From Candidatus Omnitrophota bacterium (lineage in GTDB: Bacteria > Omnitrophota > Gorgyraeia > Gygaellales > Profunditerraquicolaceae), in NCBI GenBank assembly GCA_028716245.1, contig JAQUQW010000001.1, positions 104,793 through 168,792 of the forward strand: a DNA stretch of 64,000 bases. The letters run 5' to 3'. Each line of letters starts with the position of its first letter. Positions within the stretch are counted from its first letter, which is position 1. The notes below the pieces were generated by a model that did no database searches, was not told where the DNA came from, and saw only the letters and a list, made by a program, of their open reading frames with translations. This document shows positions 59,168-64,000 of this stretch, piece by piece. Both the position numbers and the translations under genes were made by a program.

Positions 59168-59446
59168 ATGCCACAGCAAAGCGCAGTTAATCCGATAGTC
59201 CAGCTTTTACCATTAGCTTTAATCTTCGTTATTTTTTATTTTCTGTTGATCCGGCCGCAGAAACAAAAGGAAAAAGAGCACCAGAAAATGCTTGCGGGAA
59301 TTAATAAAAATGATGAGGTTGTAACTTCAGGCGGGATACACGGGGTGGTAGTCAATGTAAAGGAGAAGACTTTAACCTTACGCATTGATGAAAACGTGAA
59401 GATGGAGATTGAAAAAAACAGCGTTGCTTATATTAAAAAGCCTTAA
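59168..59446 (+). CDS. yajC: Preprotein translocase subunit YajC
   Basis: Single TM then LIRPQKQKEKEHQKMLAGINKNDEVVTSGGIHGVV. Confidence 0.8.
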   Translation: MPQQSAVNPIVQLLPLALIFVIFYFLLIRPQKQKEKEHQKMLAGINKNDEVVTSGGIHGVVVNVKEKTLTLRIDENVKMEIEKNSVAYIKKP

Positions 59447-59470
59447 AATATACCAAAAAACAGGAGTTAA

Positions 59471-61675
59471 ATGATGGAAAGAAAACTGACCTATAAAATA
59501 TTGCTTATCTTAGGTGTGATTGGATTGTGCGCGTTTTATACTTTTCCTCTAAGTAAGCATATTAACCTGGGCCTTGATTTGCAGGGCGGGATGCATCTGT
59601 TGCTTAAAATTGATACCAGCCACCTTGAAGGAAAGGCAAAATTAGATGCCTGTGACCGGGCAGTCGAGGTTATCCGCAACCGCATCGATGAGTTCGGGGT
59701 CAGGGAAACTTCCATTCAAAAGCAGGGCGAGGATGAGATTGTGGTGCAGCTTCCCGGGGTTACTGACCGGACGCGCGCCATTGATTTAATCGGTAAAACC
59801 GCAATGCTTGAATTTAAAGTTGTCTCCAGTGATGCGGATAAACTCAAAGAGGCAATTGCCGGGACGGTCCCGGAGGGGTATGAATTAAAGTATTCCCAGG
59901 AAGAGAATGAGCCGTTACTGCTTGAGAAGAAAGCTGTTTTAGTGGGGGATTCTTTAACCGATGCTTCGATGCGTTTTGATCAGAGCCAATTCAGTGAGCC
60001 GATCGTTGCTTTAAAGTTTAATCCTGCAGGCGCCAAGAAATTTGCCGAAGTAACCGCGGCTAATGTCGGAAAGCGGCTGGCAATTGTCCTGGATGGAAAA
60101 GTGCAGTCAGCACCCAGGATTAAGGAGGCGATTCCTTCGGGGGAGGCGGTAATTACCGGCAGGTTTGATGTTCAAACTGCTCAGGATCTGGCCTTAGTCC
60201 TGAGAGTAGGCGCATTACCTGCGCCAATGCATATTGAAGAGGAAAGGACAATTGGCCCGTTATTAGGGCAGGATTCGATAAACAAGGGAGTTAAGGCCTG
60301 CGTTATCGGTATCGGCTTAGTTTTTATTTTTATGGCCGCCTATTACCTTTTAGCCGGGATCATTGCTAATATCGCGCTTTTTCTTAACTTACTGATAATC
60401 TTAGGGTCATTGGGTATGCTTCCCTTAATATTTCCCGGCATATCCGCTACTTTGACACTGCCGGGTATCGCCGGTATTGCTCTTTCTCTAGGTATGGCAG
60501 TGGATGCCAACGTCCTTATTAATGAACGTATAAGGGAAGAACTGGCCGCGGGCAGAAGTTTACGCTTGGCAATAACTAATGGATATGAGCGGGCTTTTAG
60601 CGCCATATTCGATTCAAATCTTACGACCTTGATTGCCGCGTTCCTTTTGTTTCAATTTGGCACCGGCCCCATAAGAGGCTTTGCGGTTACCTTAACTATC
60701 GGTTTAATTGCCAGCATGTTTACCGCCATTGTCGTCACCAGGGTGATTTTTGAACTCCTTTTAAATTCGGGGATCCTGAAATCATTGCCGATGTTAAGGT
60801 TGATTAAGGATACAAAAATAGATTTTATCAGCAAAAGAAAGATTTTTTATACGCTTTCTATCGTAATTACGGTAGCAGGGTTAGTTTCTTTTTTAATGAA
60901 AGGCAATAAGGCTTACGGCATAGATTTCTCCGGAGGGCAGCTTCAAGAATACATGTTCAAAACACCGCCTTCTGTAGATAAGGTGAGGAAGGTTTTAGAT
61001 GGGATTAATCTTAATAACGCTTCCATGCAGCAATTTAAAGATAACCCGAATGTTTTACTGATCAGGACATCGGAAGATAAGAATGAGATATTGACTAAGG
61101 GGCTAAAACAAAGTTTTCCCCAGGATGATATTCAGGTTTTAAGGATTGAGCGCGTTGGCCCTATAGCCGGCAAGCACTTAAGGGATAAGGCGGTGCTGGC
61201 GCTTTTCTGGGCATTGGCCGGAATTCTTATCTATGTTGCTTTCAGGTTCAAGCATTTTAACTTTGCGATTGCCGGTATCATTGCTCTTATTCATGACGTC
61301 TTAGTTGCCTTAGGCGCGCTTTCCTTAACCGGCAGGCAGATAGATCTTTTAAGTGTGACTGCTTTTTTAACTATTGCCGGCTATTCAATAAACGATACGA
61401 TTGTTGTCTATGACCGGGTGCGGGAAAACGCCAAGCTTTACCGCAAATTAAATCTTTACGAATTGATTAATTTGAGTGTAAATCAATGCTTAGGCAGGAC
61501 AGTGTTGACTACCGGGGTTACCTTATTGTGCGTTTTGGCAATCTTTTTATACGGGGGAGAGATTCTCGGTAATTTTTCTTTTGCCCTGTTAATCGGTTTC
61601 TTCTGCGGAGCCTATTCCACGGTTTATATCGCTTCACCATTGGTACTTGCTTGGAGCCGCAAAAGCTCTAAATAA
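59471..61675 (+). CDS. secDF: Fused protein-export membrane protein SecDF
   Basis: 734 aa. SecD periplasmic domain followed by SecF TM repeats. Confidence 0.8.
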   Translation: MMERKLTYKILLILGVIGLCAFYTFPLSKHINLGLDLQGGMHLLLKIDTSHLEGKAKLDACDRAVEVIRNRIDEFGVRETSIQKQGEDEIVVQLPGVTDRTRAIDLIGKTAMLEFKVVSSDADKLKEAIAGTVPEGYELKYSQEENEPLLLEKKAVLVGDSLTDASMRFDQSQFSEPIVALKFNPAGAKKFAEVTAANVGKRLAIVLDGKVQSAPRIKEAIPSGEAVITGRFDVQTAQDLALVLRVGALPAPMHIEEERTIGPLLGQDSINKGVKACVIGIGLVFIFMAAYYLLAGIIANIALFLNLLIILGSLGMLPLIFPGISATLTLPGIAGIALSLGMAVDANVLINERIREELAAGRSLRLAITNGYERAFSAIFDSNLTTLIAAFLLFQFGTGPIRGFAVTLTIGLIASMFTAIVVTRVIFELLLNSGILKSLPMLRLIKDTKIDFISKRKIFYTLSIVITVAGLVSFLMKGNKAYGIDFSGGQLQEYMFKTPPSVDKVRKVLDGINLNNASMQQFKDNPNVLLIRTSEDKNEILTKGLKQSFPQDDIQVLRIERVGPIAGKHLRDKAVLALFWALAGILIYVAFRFKHFNFAIAGIIALIHDVLVALGALSLTGRQIDLLSVTAFLTIAGYSINDTIVVYDRVRENAKLYRKLNLYELINLSVNQCLGRTVLTTGVTLLCVLAIFLYGGEILGNFSFALLIGFFCGAYSTVYIASPLVLAWSRKSSK

Positions 61676-61686
61676 AATAAGACTGC

Positions 61687-61727
61687 AAAAAATGGACGCC
61701 TCCCTTAAAGGGGGCGTCCATTTTTAC
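61687..61727 (+). terminator. Rho-independent terminator after secDF
   Basis: AAAATGGACGCCTCCC ttaaa GGGGGCGTCCATTTT followed by a T-run. Confidence 0.65.
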
Positions 61728-61734
61728 TTATAAT

Positions 61735-63645
61735 ATGTTATTTAAATCTCTCAAGCTATATCTAAACCAAGATGTTCATTTAGAAACTCTCTTTGAGACC
61801 CTGGTTGATTTTGGTTACCGCAGGCAGGAGATGGTTTCCGCAGAAGGTGATTTTAGCCGCCGTGGGGCAATTATTGATATTTTTCCGGTTTCTTTTGAGC
61901 TGCCAATCCGTATTGAATTAGATAATGAAAAAATTATTTCTATCAAAACTTTTAATCCTTCCAGTGGAGAAGCCCTTTGGCAGCATAATATTGTTATTGT
62001 CCTGCCGCATAAAAAATCCTCAGGCGTAAGAAGCACTGTGTTCAGCGAAGAGTTCCCTTTAAAAAATTTCGTAGATTTGAATATCGGTGATTTTGTAGTG
62101 CATAACCAGCATGGCATAGGAAGGTTCCTGGGTATGCAGAAAATTAAAGCAGGAGGCGGTCTTAAGGATCACCTGGTGATTGAATATGACCGTAATGAGA
62201 AACTTTATGTGCCGGTAGATGCCATGCATCTGGTGCAGAAGTATATTGCTTTTCACGCGGGGCGGCCCAAACTCTACCGTTTAGGCAATAAGCAATGGCA
62301 GAGGGTAAAGGCGTCCGCGCGGAAGGGTATTCAAAAGCTGGCCTGGGAGTTATTGAGTTTACAGGCGATGCGCCTGGCTTCCAAGGGGTTTAAGTTTTCC
62401 GCGGACACCGATTGGCAGGCTGATTTTGAAAAAACCTTTCCGTATGTAGAAACTCCCGATCAGGCCAAGGCAATGGCAGAGGTTAAACTCGATATGGAAT
62501 CTTTTAAACCCATGGATAGGTTGCTTTGCGGGGATGTGGGGTATGGGAAAACCGAAGTAGCGATGCGGTCGGCATTTAAATCGGTGATGGATAATAAGCA
62601 GGTAGCTTATTTGGTTCCAACGACCATATTAGCCGAGCAGCATTATAAGAATTTCACCGGCCGGCTGGTTAATTTCGCGGTAAACGTTGCGATGCTTTCC
62701 CGTTTTAAAACCATTAAACAACAAAAAGAAATTATCCAGGGATTAGCTGATGGAAGCGTGGATATAGTTATCGGCACGCACCGGCTGCTTTCGGAGGATG
62801 TGCTTTTTAAGGATCTAGGTTTAGTTATTGTTGATGAGGAGCAGCGATTCGGAGTTAAGGCTAAAGAAAAGCTGAAAAAACTTAAAACCACCATAGATGT
62901 TTTAGTTTTAACGGCCACCCCGATTCCGCGCACCTTGTACATGAGCCTGATGGGGGCAAAAGATTTTTCCGTGATCAATACCCCGCCGCAAAATAGGTTG
63001 CCTATCAAGACGGTTGTGGTAGAATATGATGCGGATTTGGTAACCCAGGCCATAAAACGGGAGTTGGCGCGCCGGGGACAGGTGTTCTTTTTACATAACC
63101 GGATTATGGATCTTGAAAAAATCCGGGATAAGATCGCCAAAAATTTACCTGCTGGGGTGCGGATTGCCGTAGCTTGCGGCCGAATGCCTTCTTCTTTACT
63201 TGAGCGGATCATGTCGGATTATATTTGCGGCAATATTGATGTTTTGGTTTCGACGATGATTATCGAATCCGGAATCGATATTCCAAACGCCAATACCATT
63301 ATCGTAAATAACGCTCAGATGTTTGGTTTATCCGATCTGCATCAATTGCGCGGCAGGGTGGGCAGGTTCAATCGATCCGCATACGCCTATTTTATGATTC
63401 CGCCTAATCTAGTTTTAGAGGATGATGCCAGGAAGCGCCTTAAGGCGATCGAGGAATACAGTGAGTTGGGCGCTGGTTTTAATATTGCGATGCAGGATCT
63501 GGAGATCCGCGGGGCCGGCAATATCCTCGGCCAGGAGCAGCATGGATTTATCAGCGCTGTCGGGTTTGACCTTTATTGCAGATTATTAAAAGAAGCAGTG
63601 GTTAACTTTAAGAAAGCAGGGGTATTCAATGAAGCGCATAATTAG
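61735..63645 (+). CDS. mfd: Transcription-repair coupling factor Mfd, shortened form (no D1a or D3 regions, no C-terminal D7)
   Basis: UvrB-homology D2 segment LVDFGYRRQEMVSAEGDFSRRGAIIDIFP. CarD-like RID motif IGDFVVHNQHGIGRF. GDVGYGKTEVA, DEEQRFGV and RGRVGR translocase motifs. Ends just after the GFDLY...LLKEAV region. Confidence 0.7.
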   Translation: MLFKSLKLYLNQDVHLETLFETLVDFGYRRQEMVSAEGDFSRRGAIIDIFPVSFELPIRIELDNEKIISIKTFNPSSGEALWQHNIVIVLPHKKSSGVRSTVFSEEFPLKNFVDLNIGDFVVHNQHGIGRFLGMQKIKAGGGLKDHLVIEYDRNEKLYVPVDAMHLVQKYIAFHAGRPKLYRLGNKQWQRVKASARKGIQKLAWELLSLQAMRLASKGFKFSADTDWQADFEKTFPYVETPDQAKAMAEVKLDMESFKPMDRLLCGDVGYGKTEVAMRSAFKSVMDNKQVAYLVPTTILAEQHYKNFTGRLVNFAVNVAMLSRFKTIKQQKEIIQGLADGSVDIVIGTHRLLSEDVLFKDLGLVIVDEEQRFGVKAKEKLKKLKTTIDVLVLTATPIPRTLYMSLMGAKDFSVINTPPQNRLPIKTVVVEYDADLVTQAIKRELARRGQVFFLHNRIMDLEKIRDKIAKNLPAGVRIAVACGRMPSSLLERIMSDYICGNIDVLVSTMIIESGIDIPNANTIIVNNAQMFGLSDLHQLRGRVGRFNRSAYAYFMIPPNLVLEDDARKRLKAIEEYSELGAGFNIAMQDLEIRGAGNILGQEQHGFISAVGFDLYCRLLKEAVVNFKKAGVFNEAHN

Positions 63646-64000
63646 TTTTTTGGTCCTGGCAATAACCTTTACTTTTTCCAGCCCCGCTCTTTACGCGCAG
63701 GATAAGGTAGTGGCGATAGTGAATAATGAAGTTATTACGCAAAAAGATCTTAATGATTTTTTGAATTATATACGCCTGCAGTATTCACGCGAAGTTAAAG
63801 GAAAGGCTTTGGCGGAAAAAGTAGAAGCAATGCGGCAGGATTTATTACAGCGGCTGATCGAAGACCGGATTATACTTGCGCAGGCAAAAATCGATAAGAT
63901 AAGTATCGATCCCGGCAGGGTAAAAGAAAAAATTAACGAAATTAAGAAACGTTATCAGTCGGATTCGGAAATGGAACGTGATTTGGCTAAACAGGGATTA
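63629..64000 (+). CDS. SurA-like periplasmic chaperone / peptidyl-prolyl isomerase, N-terminal part (continues beyond the window)
   Basis: Signal peptide FLVLAITFTFSSPALYAQ then a SurA_N-like helical region. Confidence 0.45.
   Translation, partial: MKRIISFLVLAITFTFSSPALYAQDKVVAIVNNEVITQKDLNDFLNYIRLQYSREVKGKALAEKVEAMRQDLLQRLIEDRIILAQAKIDKISIDPGRVKEKINEIKKRYQSDSEMERDLAKQGL

Noticed and set aside
61729-61734. TATAAT hexamer immediately before the mfd ATG as a leaderless promoter
   Set aside because: The hexamer ends 0 nt before the ATG. A transcript starting 7 nt downstream would lack the start codon. More likely a chance match or part of the terminator's T-tract context.

Overview
This 64-kb + strand-dominated window comes from a low-GC bacterial chromosome and covers four blocks. 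(1) 1-24.3 kb is an LPS/O-antigen-type glycan biosynthesis cluster: sugar nucleotidyltransferases (CDP-glucose and GDP-mannose branches), two GT9 heptosyltransferases, GmhB, GT2/GT28/GT-C transferases, an O-antigen-ligase-like gene, two polysaccharide deacetylases, and a DegT-type aminotransferase. Accessory insertions interrupt it: a Bro-N gene, an MNT/HEPN pair linked to a 48-bp duplicated manC fragment, and a RelB/RelE module. (2) 24.3-39.7 kb holds a PriA homolog that lacks the helicase Walker A motif, fmt, two tandem GalT-like paralogs, gap-pgk-tpiA-secG, glgC, and a bcd-etfB-etfA operon in which EtfA carries an N-terminal ferredoxin domain. (3) 39,747-42,549 is a 2.8-kb IS1-family transposon with 16-bp terminal inverted repeats and a perfect 8-bp target-site duplication; besides its transposase it carries four small cargo ORFs, including an overlapping pair whose second member is DUF2283-like. 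(4) 42.9-64 kb is housekeeping: smc, a convergent GAF-GGDEF gene, a secreted tail-fibre/S74-chaperone-like protein, recA-recX, alaS, hisDBHA-(lipoprotein)-FI, trpE-like, rpsP, yajC, secDF, a shortened mfd, and a partial surA-like gene. Three families of palindromic intergenic repeats recur through the window, and related GGGGAC...GTCCCC palindromes sit in-frame inside coding sequences. There are two single-base homopolymer frameshifts and several exact-consensus sigma70 promoters. No rRNA, tRNA or CRISPR array was recognised.
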